A DNA stretch of 64,000 nt from an uncultured virus (IMG/VR IMGVR_UViG_3300027917_000045) (lineage: Duplodnaviria; Heunggongvirae; Uroviricota; Caudoviricetes), in IMG/VR virus record IMGVR_UViG_3300027917_000045; one strand, 5' to 3'. The notes under the pieces were generated by a model, which was not told where the DNA came from, did no database searches, and saw only the letters and a list, made by a program, of their open reading frames with translations. The position numbers were made by a program, and so were the translations under genes. Positions 55,900 to 64,000 of this stretch are shown here, piece after piece; the stretch's first letter is position 1; each line of letters starts with the position of its first letter.

Positions 55900-56042
55900 T
55901 GCCCGTCCAGAAGTCCGGTAGTGGTTATCGTTACGGCACCAAGGGTAAGACCTACCGTGGCAAAGGAGCAAAGGCGAAAGCGAAGAGGCAGGGCAGGGCT
56001 ATCAAAGCCAGTCAGGCCAGACAAGGTAAATCTAAGAAATAA
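55899..56042 (+). CDS. 47-aa basic peptide
   Basis: MPVQKSGSGYRYGTKGKTYRGKGAKAKAKRQGRAIKASQARQGKSKK; TAATG coupling. Confidence 0.55.
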   Translation: MPVQKSGSGYRYGTKGKTYRGKGAKAKAKRQGRAIKASQARQGKSKK

Positions 56043-56054
56043 CAGGAGATAGAG

Positions 56055-57164
56055 ATGGCTGGAGAGGATCTTACCCCTGATATTGGGGTATCGGCAACAG
56101 AAATGGATTCGGCTACTCGTGCTGGCGAGCGGCGACACACCAAAGCCACGGCCCGTAGCCTAGCTGGTATCGTAGCCACAAAGATGGAAGAGGCGGCAGC
56201 TGCGGAGGCTGAAGAGGCCCCTGCTGTAGAAGATGTAAGCCAAGTTACACCAAAGGGTACTAAAGAGGGTGTCGAGTACGTCACCGTCGAGGTTGACCCT
56301 GAAACTGGTGAGGAAACTGTAGTTAAGGCTACAGAAGCCCCCGCTGAGGAGGAGGGAGTACAGTATATTGAGGAGGAAGTGCCTCTAGCGGAGATCTCCC
56401 AAGCTCTCAGTGATGCAGGAATCGTTCTTGATATTGACCCTAATGAGCTGCCTGATGAGGCTCTGGGTGTCTATGAGAGCCTTACCTCTGCTATTCTACA
56501 AGCCGCTGGCAAGTCTCTTGAACGTGAGAGGGAAGCCAATGACCGGATGTTGGAGCTGAATGACTTCTCTGAGAGGCTACAGAACTCACCTGATAAGATC
56601 ATGTTGGCTCTAGCTATGGAGAAGCCAGAGGTCTTTGCTAAAGTGGCTGGTGTGGTTGAGAGAATGGCTGATGACCCTGCTCTCAAAGAGAGTGTGATTA
56701 GAGAGCTAGAGAGTGAAGTCAGGCTTCAAGAAGCGAACCGTATCAAGAGAGTAGCGGACGTTGAGACACGTACACTTCAGGGCCGCAGAGTCGCTCAGGA
56801 GACTCTTAGACAGGCCAAGAGGTACGGTGTCAGTCCAGAGGTAGCTAATGAGTACATCTCCTCACAAGTACGCGCTAACAGCAACTGGCTAGAGGTCAAC
56901 CAAGTTGAGCCTCTGATCCAGAAGCTTTCTGGTGGCCAGAAGAAGAAGATCGTTATTCGTAAGGTACGTCCCAAGAAAGTTACCCCAGAGCAGGCAAAGG
57001 CTGTAGCTGAAGCCAATACTGCCCCTGTGGGTGGAGCGCCTGCCCCGGGCGCTACTAGAGAAGCCTCACCGGGACTGCACCAAGACAATGTCCCGAAGAA
57101 CCGTGGTGGTATCTTCAGGGGTCTAGTCAAGCAGGCCGCTCGGAGAACTAGGACCACCGAGTAG
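56055..57164 (+). CDS. Putative scaffolding protein
   Basis: Acidic, helical protein immediately upstream of the major capsid gene. Confidence 0.65.
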   Translation: MAGEDLTPDIGVSATEMDSATRAGERRHTKATARSLAGIVATKMEEAAAAEAEEAPAVEDVSQVTPKGTKEGVEYVTVEVDPETGEETVVKATEAPAEEEGVQYIEEEVPLAEISQALSDAGIVLDIDPNELPDEALGVYESLTSAILQAAGKSLEREREANDRMLELNDFSERLQNSPDKIMLALAMEKPEVFAKVAGVVERMADDPALKESVIRELESEVRLQEANRIKRVADVETRTLQGRRVAQETLRQAKRYGVSPEVANEYISSQVRANSNWLEVNQVEPLIQKLSGGQKKKIVIRKVRPKKVTPEQAKAVAEANTAPVGGAPAPGATREASPGLHQDNVPKNRGGIFRGLVKQAARRTRTTE

Positions 57165-57182
57165 CCTCCTTCGTAGTACCCC

Positions 57183-57219
57183 GGCCCCTTGACTTGTAAG
57201 TTGAGGGGCCTTCTCTTTA
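57183..57219 (+). terminator. Stem-loop between scaffold and capsid genes
   Basis: GGCCCCTT...GAGGGGCC followed by TTCTCTTT. Confidence 0.45.
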
Positions 57220-57319
57220 GCCTAGATCTATCTTAGAGTAGGTCTTGGAGAGTTCTTGAGGAAAGCATTTCGTTCGTAGCAGTTTGTTACTAAAACAAGC
57301 AATACAGGAGTTTATCTAA

Positions 57320-58588
57320 ATGGCAGCCACACAGGCTGATCTGTCTCGTCTAGACGCGATCTTGAAAGACCGTGATCTGATTGACGGTGTACAGGAAGCT
57401 ATTAACAAGGCGACTCCCTTTGCCGAGAGCATCACTCAAGAACTAACGATGTCTGGGCGTAAGGGAATCTTCCCCGTTTCCTTCGGGGTAAACGAGGGTA
57501 TCTTTGCCCGTGCGGACAAGGGTTCCTTCGGTGATTCACAGGTTGACCAGCCCGATCTGGCAGAGGTCTACACGAAGTTTGTGTATGCCCTGTTTGAGAT
57601 CTCTGGCCCGACCATGAGCGCGACTAGGGATTCTGAGGGTGCGTTCGAGGACGCGCTGGCTCTCCAGCTAGAGCAGACCATTGACGGCGTGAAGCTGGAT
57701 ATGGCTCGGATGATCCTGAATGCGAACCACACCGCAGCTGGTGATGGTGTCATCGCGCTGGTGCAGTCCAAGACTGACACCGATACCATCATAATCGACA
57801 GTCCGTTTGGGCTGACGACTTATATGGGCAACGTCGATGTTAAGAACGTGATTCGTAAGACTCAGGCTCTTGACGTTATCGACACGACTTCCCCTCCGAC
57901 TACTAAGCACCACAATAATAACACTGTTGCTGGTGTTTCCCATTCTGGTACAGGTACCACGATTGATTTTGATGCTGTTGAGGCTACGGCCCCGGCTGAT
58001 GGCGACTACGTGACCCGTGCTGGTAACTGGGGTAATGAGCCTGATGGGTTCTTCTCTGCTGTAGCCACAGCGGCTCAGTCTGCAAACTACCTGAACATCC
58101 CGCGTGCTGGTAACGATGGGTGGGAAGGCCAGCTTGTTGACGCCACCGATGGTGGGAGCACTGCTGTTCCTCTTGATCCTGATATGCTTCGGGATTCGGT
58201 TGACCAGATCATGGAAATCTCTGGCCACGCGCCTGAGTTTATCGTGTGTAACTACAAGCAGCGTCGAAATATCTACAATCTGTATGCACCTCAGATTCGA
58301 TATGCCCCGATGGTTCTGCCCAGTGGTCTTCGTGAAGATACACTGAGGTTTGACGACATGCCCGTGATGGTTGAGCGGTTCTTCCCGCCTCAGCATATCG
58401 GCTTCGTCAATACGGCTTACTGGTACCACGCCATCGACAAGGATGTTGAATGGATTCAGGGCCTCAACGGCACTGTCCTTCACTTCGATGGTGATGCGGA
58501 CCTGTTTAAGGCCGTTCTTCGCACGTACCGGAACCTCGTGTGCTTCTATCCGGCTACGCAGGGTTATCTGTACGGCGTCGAAGAGTAG
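57320..58588 (+). CDS. Major capsid protein
   Basis: 422 aa, AGGAG SD, HK97-fold-like pattern, position after the scaffold gene. Confidence 0.8.
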   Translation: MAATQADLSRLDAILKDRDLIDGVQEAINKATPFAESITQELTMSGRKGIFPVSFGVNEGIFARADKGSFGDSQVDQPDLAEVYTKFVYALFEISGPTMSATRDSEGAFEDALALQLEQTIDGVKLDMARMILNANHTAAGDGVIALVQSKTDTDTIIIDSPFGLTTYMGNVDVKNVIRKTQALDVIDTTSPPTTKHHNNNTVAGVSHSGTGTTIDFDAVEATAPADGDYVTRAGNWGNEPDGFFSAVATAAQSANYLNIPRAGNDGWEGQLVDATDGGSTAVPLDPDMLRDSVDQIMEISGHAPEFIVCNYKQRRNIYNLYAPQIRYAPMVLPSGLREDTLRFDDMPVMVERFFPPQHIGFVNTAYWYHAIDKDVEWIQGLNGTVLHFDGDADLFKAVLRTYRNLVCFYPATQGYLYGVEE

Positions 58589-58600
58589 GAGGAGTAGATC

Positions 58601-59017
58601 ATGCCTAGTCCTAAGAGAAAGGCACATGCTGTTCTATTGAACCCGAACGTGGGTTCGTGGAGGCAGTTGCTCGGCTTCAGTTGTGAGCTGTTGACTACAA
58701 CCACCACGTTTCCTCTGCTCGTGTGTCCGTTCCGGCTTCGAGTCAAAGCGGCTAGCTACGGTCAGACGGCTGACGCAGCGGCTACTGCTATGGATCTGAA
58801 GTTGAGGAACGAAACGCAGTCCCAAGATCTTACAGCTGCACTGGATATTGCTGCGCTGGGTGCCCTCGCAGGCGCACAGTTCGTGATGGACAGTACAGGT
58901 GAGGATCTAATCTGTGAGGCCGGTGATGTGATCAACTTGGTCAATACAGTGGACACAGGTACCACCGCTCCCGGCGAAGTCCAAGTAGTTATGGACATTG
59001 AACGCTTAGATACATAG
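58601..59017 (+). CDS. Putative capsid decoration protein
   Basis: Small beta-rich ORF after the capsid gene; AGGAGG SD. Confidence 0.45.
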   Translation: MPSPKRKAHAVLLNPNVGSWRQLLGFSCELLTTTTTFPLLVCPFRLRVKAASYGQTADAAATAMDLKLRNETQSQDLTAALDIAALGALAGAQFVMDSTGEDLICEAGDVINLVNTVDTGTTAPGEVQVVMDIERLDT

Positions 59018-59027
59018 GAGTAAGATA

Positions 59028-59297
59028 ATGCCTGCTGGAGTTCTCGGACCCCAAAGCCCTATGGCACAAAACGCAAAGGCAGAGCAGGCTATCCCCGGCC
59101 CAGCGGCATCTATCGGTAACCCGATGGGTGCCGCCCCTGCGGGGGTAGAAGAGCTGTTACTAGCTCTGCGGTCTGGTAATATCAGTGCCGAAATGCTCCT
59201 ACAGTTCATCGCCCAACTTACAGGTGGTGGACCACAGATGCCCCCCGGTGGGGCGGGACAGGCCGGAGCCCCTGTAGAGTCTGCCTTTTTCGGGTAG
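59028..59297 (+). CDS. Hypothetical G/P/A-rich protein
   Basis: AGGAG SD. Confidence 0.5.
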   Translation: MPAGVLGPQSPMAQNAKAEQAIPGPAASIGNPMGAAPAGVEELLLALRSGNISAEMLLQFIAQLTGGGPQMPPGGAGQAGAPVESAFFG

Positions 59298-59303
59298 ACT
59301 ACG

Positions 59304-59591
59304 ATGAGTACACTAGAGGTAGTCGGTGTAATCACACTGGCCTTGCTGTTCACAACAGTATTAGGTCGGTTTGTATGGGTAGTCTGGCGAGCTGCGACTG
59401 TGACTCAAGAGATGAAGAGCAAGATAGCTGAGCTTACTCTGCATGTAACCAACCATATCCCTCACCGACTTGATGGATTAAGGAACGAGTTGCACGCTGT
59501 TGCGGAGCGGCTATCTTTGCATGAAGAACGAGAAGAAAAGCACTGGGAGTTACTAACTAAGGTGCTTACAACCAAAAACGACAAGAGGTAA
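59304..59591 (+). CDS. Membrane protein (holin/hemolysin-like)
   Basis: One TM segment plus coiled coil; NHIPH. Confidence 0.5.
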   Translation: MSTLEVVGVITLALLFTTVLGRFVWVVWRAATVTQEMKSKIAELTLHVTNHIPHRLDGLRNELHAVAERLSLHEEREEKHWELLTKVLTTKNDKR

Positions 59592-59595
59592 GAAT

Positions 59596-59802
59596 ATGAT
59601 GAAGGCACTTGCAAGGTTGGGTATCGCATTGGGTACTGGTCTTGCTACATGGGTACTGGCGTTTTTCAGTGGTGGAGATGCTATTCCGTTTCTGACTGAC
59701 GCTTTTGGTGATCCCGCGATTGCTGGGATCGTGGCTGGTGGCGTGTCTTGGGTGGTTGGCTATCTAGTCAAACTCATCCCTAAAGAAGATGCGACTTCGT
59801 AA
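59596..59802 (+). CDS. Two-TM protein (holin candidate)
   Basis: 68 aa, two hydrophobic segments, charged C-terminus. Confidence 0.5.
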   Translation: MMKALARLGIALGTGLATWVLAFFSGGDAIPFLTDAFGDPAIAGIVAGGVSWVVGYLVKLIPKEDATS

Positions 59803-59890
59803 TGAAGCCTTGGATAGCGTACTGTCTCGGTGTACTGACAGGTATAATCATTGTCTGTATAGTACTGTTCATTGAGTTTCTCAACGCAAG

Positions 59891-60184
59891 ATGGCCGAGC
59901 TAATGTTATCCAGATTCAATAAATGGTTAGCTGACCTACCAACGACCAATTGGATTCGCTTGGTAGGCAGCTTTCTCATTGTCGGTACTGGTATCGTGGT
60001 CTGGGTTCTTGCTTTGCGTGGTAACGAGTGGGACCACTTCGCGTTTGGGGAGTGGCTGATCTTTCTAGCAGCACTGGAAGGTATCAATTACCGCCAGTTC
60101 AAAGCTAAGCGTGAGTCTGACTACGGATACCTAGAACGTAAGAACGGTAACGGAGCAGAACATGCCGGACCCAAACCCGAATGA
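59891..60184 (+). CDS. Two-TM protein (holin candidate)
   Basis: Two hydrophobic segments. Confidence 0.5.
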   Translation: MAELMLSRFNKWLADLPTTNWIRLVGSFLIVGTGIVVWVLALRGNEWDHFAFGEWLIFLAALEGINYRQFKAKRESDYGYLERKNGNGAEHAGPKPE

Positions 60185-60515
60185 AGTAGACAATAGAACT
60201 CCACAGTTCGTTCAGGATGCTATTGGTCAGGGTGCATTCAATGCTATAGGTGATGATGTTACTAACATGGCCTTCCTTGGTGGGCTCCTAACCAATGCTC
60301 CTCTCATGCTGGGGCTGCTTGGTGGTACTTATGGCCTTAGAAAGCTGTTTGGGCTACTTGGTGGCCAGAGTAAAGAGGACAAGATAGAGTCGGCTTTTGA
60401 GGGTGTGACCGTCAGTCCTAAAGTAGAGGAACCTACACTAAGCACGGAACGTGAGGGTTTCATTCGTGTAAAGCCTGAGTTAGTAGAGACTTCTTTCATC
60501 AAGGGTGTACGCTAG
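60162..60515 (+). CDS. Hypothetical protein
   Basis: ORF with a hydrophobic core. Confidence 0.5.
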   Translation: MPDPNPNEVDNRTPQFVQDAIGQGAFNAIGDDVTNMAFLGGLLTNAPLMLGLLGGTYGLRKLFGLLGGQSKEDKIESAFEGVTVSPKVEEPTLSTEREGFIRVKPELVETSFIKGVR

Positions 60516-61183
60516 TGGCTAACGGACAAGACCCCCAAGACCCGGGTAAGCTCCATGATCGTCTAATCAAGAAGCTAACTGAAGGTGCCTTCGCTGATAC
60601 AGTTGAGTCTGTAACGGAAGGTCCGTTTCGTAAGGTAGAGTTCTTGGCAGAGAGTGATTACTACGCTGGTCGCTATGTCTCTCCATACGAAACGGAAGAG
60701 AGTCGCGGTGGCCGTACTGGTATGATCTCGTTGCATCCAGATCTAGCAGACACTAGTTTCTACAAAAGCATACCAGAGAGTGAGAGAAAAGAGTTTTCAG
60801 AAGATTTGATACGGGATATTTATTTGCATGAGGCAGGGCATGGTGCGTTTGTGCGTGGATTAGTACCTGAACCTGTTTTCACTTCCGCTTACAAGAAGTG
60901 GAATGAGGCTGACAGGCCGACACAAGGTTATATGTCTGCTCGTACATCGCATGAGTTTGCTGCTCAGCGGGTAGCTGACTCTATGACCTTTCTCTCTGCT
61001 ACAGCGGGACTACCAACTGAAGAAGCACGTAAGCGTTTGGATGTGTTAGAGGAAGGTTCTCCCGGCCTCACTGATTTTGTTGATCATTTTGTTAATGCAG
61101 CCGAGATCTACTCAGAACACCCATTGAGGGAGAACAAGCCTAGCGTGTTCAGTAGAATACTCGGCGTAATCAAGGGGAAGTAA
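60515..61183 (+). CDS. Zincin-like metallopeptidase (HExxH)
   Basis: YLHEAGH followed by Y.....HEFAA third-ligand motif. Confidence 0.6.
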   Translation: MANGQDPQDPGKLHDRLIKKLTEGAFADTVESVTEGPFRKVEFLAESDYYAGRYVSPYETEESRGGRTGMISLHPDLADTSFYKSIPESERKEFSEDLIRDIYLHEAGHGAFVRGLVPEPVFTSAYKKWNEADRPTQGYMSARTSHEFAAQRVADSMTFLSATAGLPTEEARKRLDVLEEGSPGLTDFVDHFVNAAEIYSEHPLRENKPSVFSRILGVIKGK

Positions 61184-61725
61184 TGGAGACTGTGTGGGTA
61201 GGCTTTGATGGCTGTGGCAGGGACCCTAGCTGGGACTTTGATTTGAAGCTAAAGGACTTCAACCATAGCCAAGGTACACCCCACGTTGCTTGTATATGGA
61301 ATCCTACATGTAGACTAGTTTCTATAGTACGAACGTCACGGGATGGTCTGGGCCGTAAAGGTCTAGTCGTGGATGGTATATACATGCCGGGGTGGGATGT
61401 AGGAGTGGTACTGGACGGGTTACCTCCGAGTTACTACTCTGAGGGAAAGTATCTGTCTAATGGGTTCTTTTTCTTTCGAGTGTTCGACTGGCTAGAACCT
61501 TTGGATGACAGAGTATTTGAGTTCCTACACCTAGCTGATACTGCTAACGGTAGGGGGATAGCTACTCCTATAGAGCGTATCGAAGCGAGGGAGAGACTCA
61601 AAGAACAGGAGCAGAAGAAGGACAATTTGATGCGTGCCTATGCTGTTACAGAGCATTTTGCAGGCTACGACAACCTGACAGTTGGACCGGGAACTCGTGG
61701 TAACTGGCGGCACAGGATACGCTAA
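61183..61725 (+). CDS. Hypothetical protein
   Basis: TAATG coupling; EPLDDRV. Confidence 0.55.
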   Translation: METVWVGFDGCGRDPSWDFDLKLKDFNHSQGTPHVACIWNPTCRLVSIVRTSRDGLGRKGLVVDGIYMPGWDVGVVLDGLPPSYYSEGKYLSNGFFFFRVFDWLEPLDDRVFEFLHLADTANGRGIATPIERIEARERLKEQEQKKDNLMRAYAVTEHFAGYDNLTVGPGTRGNWRHRIR

Positions 61726-61751
61726 CTCTAACGGAGATAAGGAGATACAAG

Positions 61752-62039
61752 ATGGGCCATTATGGGTTTCGGAAGAAAGGTGAGAACTCGCGGTTGGTAG
61801 TTAGGCCGATGAAGTCGAAGCCAGCCGCAGTCGTCGCACCTCTGGAGGGTCAGACTGTGAGCCTAGAGGGTAACACAAAGAAGGTTCATGCCTGCACTCT
61901 TTGCGAGGCTAAGATATTCCCCAAGCCGGGGCTTGTTGCTGCACATTTCGCTCGTATGCACAACGATCTGGTGGAGGACAAGAACACTTGGCGCAGATAC
62001 CACGAAGTCAGGGAGGTACAGATTGACGCTAACAGTTAG
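61752..62039 (+). CDS. C2H2 zinc-finger protein
   Basis: CTLC...HFARMH; AAGGAG SD. Confidence 0.6.
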   Translation: MGHYGFRKKGENSRLVVRPMKSKPAAVVAPLEGQTVSLEGNTKKVHACTLCEAKIFPKPGLVAAHFARMHNDLVEDKNTWRRYHEVREVQIDANS

Positions 62040-62694
62040 CGATCTAATTCAGGATGCTGAAACACTAGCATATCCACACGTTGGACCGCAGAAGCCTGCT
62101 CGGGGGCCGTTACTGCGTGCTTTGTCTGCTCTTGACGCGAGCTTCGCCCGAGAGATTGCCAACGCTCGTCCAGAACTACTCTCAACCCAAGCATCAGAGA
62201 TCACTGTAGGTGATAATGCTGCTAACCTAGCTGGGTACGCCCTTACATCTGCACTCAGCTGGACGGACTTCAAGTACGTAGACAAAGATGCTGCTGTGTA
62301 TGACCTGTATATCGTACCTGAGAGGTTCTACGATGAACCGCAACAGAATCCTAGCTGCATCATTCAGGGTACTACACTGTTGCCGTGTGATCCCAACGAG
62401 AAAAGGTGGGATGGTACGACTCAGCGTATATTCTTCATAGGGGATGGAGATAAGATTATGTACAACTATATTCCGTTCCCTGCTACATTGGATGGACTAA
62501 CCTCTACACTGGTGAGTCCTGATTTTGCTAGAGATTGGTTCGTTTGGTCGCTGGTTCTACAGATCGCTCTGGCAAACGGAGCAGATGAGATGAGCATTGG
62601 CAAGATCAAGGAAGAAGCAGATTTGATGGGGGCCAAGACTCAGTACCAGATCTACAAACAGGTGCCTATGAACTCTAGATTTGGAGAGAAGTAA
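62023..62694 (+). CDS. Putative head-tail adaptor protein
   Basis: GGAGGT SD with TTG start; similar layout to the next gene. Confidence 0.5.
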   Translation: MTLTVSDLIQDAETLAYPHVGPQKPARGPLLRALSALDASFAREIANARPELLSTQASEITVGDNAANLAGYALTSALSWTDFKYVDKDAAVYDLYIVPERFYDEPQQNPSCIIQGTTLLPCDPNEKRWDGTTQRIFFIGDGDKIMYNYIPFPATLDGLTSTLVSPDFARDWFVWSLVLQIALANGADEMSIGKIKEEADLMGAKTQYQIYKQVPMNSRFGEK

Positions 62695-63398
62695 TGGCTT
62701 ACACTGCTCAGGACGTGGTTGATTTGGCTGTACAGCGTTCGGCTTTGAACGATGCTGACTTAGTGCCAGACGCCCAGCTACTTGGCTACATAACCAACAG
62801 CGAACGCCGGATCTATCTATTAGGAGCAAGGTTGAATCCCAACTTCTTTGGCGCTGAAGGTAACACTGCTGTCCGTGCTGATGAGACAGAGCATTGGAAC
62901 CTAGCTGCGACTCCCGGCAACATAGCTGCTATCGCAAAGCTAGAAGCTGCTGCTCTTGTGGGAACACCTACTAACCCTACAGTTTCGGTTGGTGACGAGA
63001 TCAACTTGGTTGATTTCAGGTACCCTAACCTGCAAATATCCCCCCGCGCTTATGTGCGCGGTAGAAGGTTGTACGACTGGAACAATGAGCTAAGTACTAA
63101 TGGTTCTAACTACGTTAGTCAGGTTAAGGTTTATTACAGCCAGCTACCAGCAGCCATCACGACTATGACTCAGAGCATAAATCTACCAGATGAGTGGATT
63201 GACCTCTTAATTGTGCCGCTAGCTCGTATTCTCTCTCTACGCGATAAGCGAGAGGAAGAAGCTCAGTTCTTCGACCAAGAGTACCAGCTCTTGATAGGTC
63301 AGTTCCAAGAAGAGATGCTGGTCTACGAGTACGGTGCTACTAGAGCTTTAGGTGCCGTACCAGCTATTCCTTTCGCTCCACCGTCTGCAAGGGAGTAA
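62694..63398 (+). CDS. Head-tail adaptor/tail tubular protein A-like
   Basis: YTAQDVVD...YIT...VYY..LP...LPDEW..LLIV..A pattern. Confidence 0.6.
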   Translation: MAYTAQDVVDLAVQRSALNDADLVPDAQLLGYITNSERRIYLLGARLNPNFFGAEGNTAVRADETEHWNLAATPGNIAAIAKLEAAALVGTPTNPTVSVGDEINLVDFRYPNLQISPRAYVRGRRLYDWNNELSTNGSNYVSQVKVYYSQLPAAITTMTQSINLPDEWIDLLIVPLARILSLRDKREEEAQFFDQEYQLLIGQFQEEMLVYEYGATRALGAVPAIPFAPPSARE

Positions 63399-63401
63399 CC
63401 C

Positions 63402-64000
63402 ATGCCTCGTTTACGAGCTTATCCTATTGCGATGGAAGGAGGGCTTCAGGATTCTAAGCCTATTCCAGAAGTCGGTGACCTCTCTAAACTAGAGAACTTC
63501 GCTCTGTTCAGGGGTAGGTTTGCCTTGAGGGCTCCGTTTGTGGAGACCTGTCAGTTGGTGGATGAGGTAGGTACTCCTGTAGATCAGGTTATGACTGCCA
63601 CGTTCTTTCAAGGGAAAATGTACGTGGTTGCGTACTCTGATGGGCAGAATGATGTATACATATACAGACTGGAGCCTGATGGCACGGCTGAGACTGGTGA
63701 TTCTGAATACCCCAACGCTAGCCCTATCGGTACTGCTGTTTGGACTAGTGTCACCACCAATGTACCTATCCCTATCGTAACTGGGTTTCAGGGTGGCGCT
63801 CTTGGGGCTCAGGTTAACAGACTCTACATCGCAGATTACGACCAGAACTATGTGACCAGAATTGTTACTGACCCTGCTGGTACTCCAGCCCTTACTGACC
63901 TGACTGCCGATCTCAATGCTGATGGTGGTAGCACAGACAAAGTGTTCTTCCATTATGTCATACCTTACCAGTTTCATTTATGGGGAGCAGGGATATACAC
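63402..64000 (+). CDS. Tail nozzle/tubular protein B-like (3'-partial)
   Basis: ATG 63402 with GGAG SD, open to the window end; GGL...LENF...G...R start typical of nozzle proteins. Confidence 0.55.
   Translation, partial: MPRLRAYPIAMEGGLQDSKPIPEVGDLSKLENFALFRGRFALRAPFVETCQLVDEVGTPVDQVMTATFFQGKMYVVAYSDGQNDVYIYRLEPDGTAETGDSEYPNASPIGTAVWTSVTTNVPIPIVTGFQGGALGAQVNRLYIADYDQNYVTRIVTDPAGTPALTDLTADLNADGGSTDKVFFHYVIPYQFHLWGAGIY

Noticed and set aside
57668..58627. Long antisense ORFs (319 aa here, 318 aa at 47204-48160, and many shorter)
   Set aside because: They lie opposite well-supported genes, lack motifs, and are explained by codon bias of the sense strand.
1..64000. Stop-codon reassignment (many TAG)
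   Set aside because: Genes are full length and tightly packed under code 11, and TAG ends conserved genes such as terL, portal and capsid.
1..64000. Prophage/integrase, IS elements, introns, inteins or DGR
   Set aside because: No recombinase, transposase, reverse transcriptase, homing endonuclease or intein motifs were recognised, and no host genes are present.

Overview
The window is almost entirely a tailed dsDNA bacteriophage genome with podovirus-like (P22/T7-style) architecture. No host genes or integrase were seen. Order on the + strand: end of a pectate-lyase-like tailspike (<1-1530); putative internal virion/ejection proteins, including a 3025-aa giant (1.7-13.8 kb); lysis genes (SleB-like hydrolase, SLT transglycosylase); a replication/recombination block (Cas4-like nuclease, Sak4-like ATPase, SSB-like protein, a UDG-exonuclease-PolA split over two overlapping ORFs, SLOG protein, RepA-type helicase); many small accessory genes with one tRNA-Glu; a short minus-strand block (GNAT, PUR/DUF3276-like); then terS-like, tail-fibre/spike-like genes, terL, portal, scaffold, major capsid, adaptor and nozzle. 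The most striking feature is at 27.26-29.69 kb. A sigma70-type promoter precedes an anti-SD-like motif, an rrn-like boxA and a tandem array of five Y-RNA-like ncRNAs, directly upstream of a Ro60/TROVE (Rsr) gene. The five RNAs share one scaffold (terminal stem, usually GGGCCG with an unpaired C, second stem, AGGUUAUCG...ACWCCU junction) but carry different inserts: a circularly permuted tRNA, a normal-order tRNA body, a ~135-nt multi-stem domain and two short inserts. All calls come from motif recognition and manual base-pairing; no searches were run.
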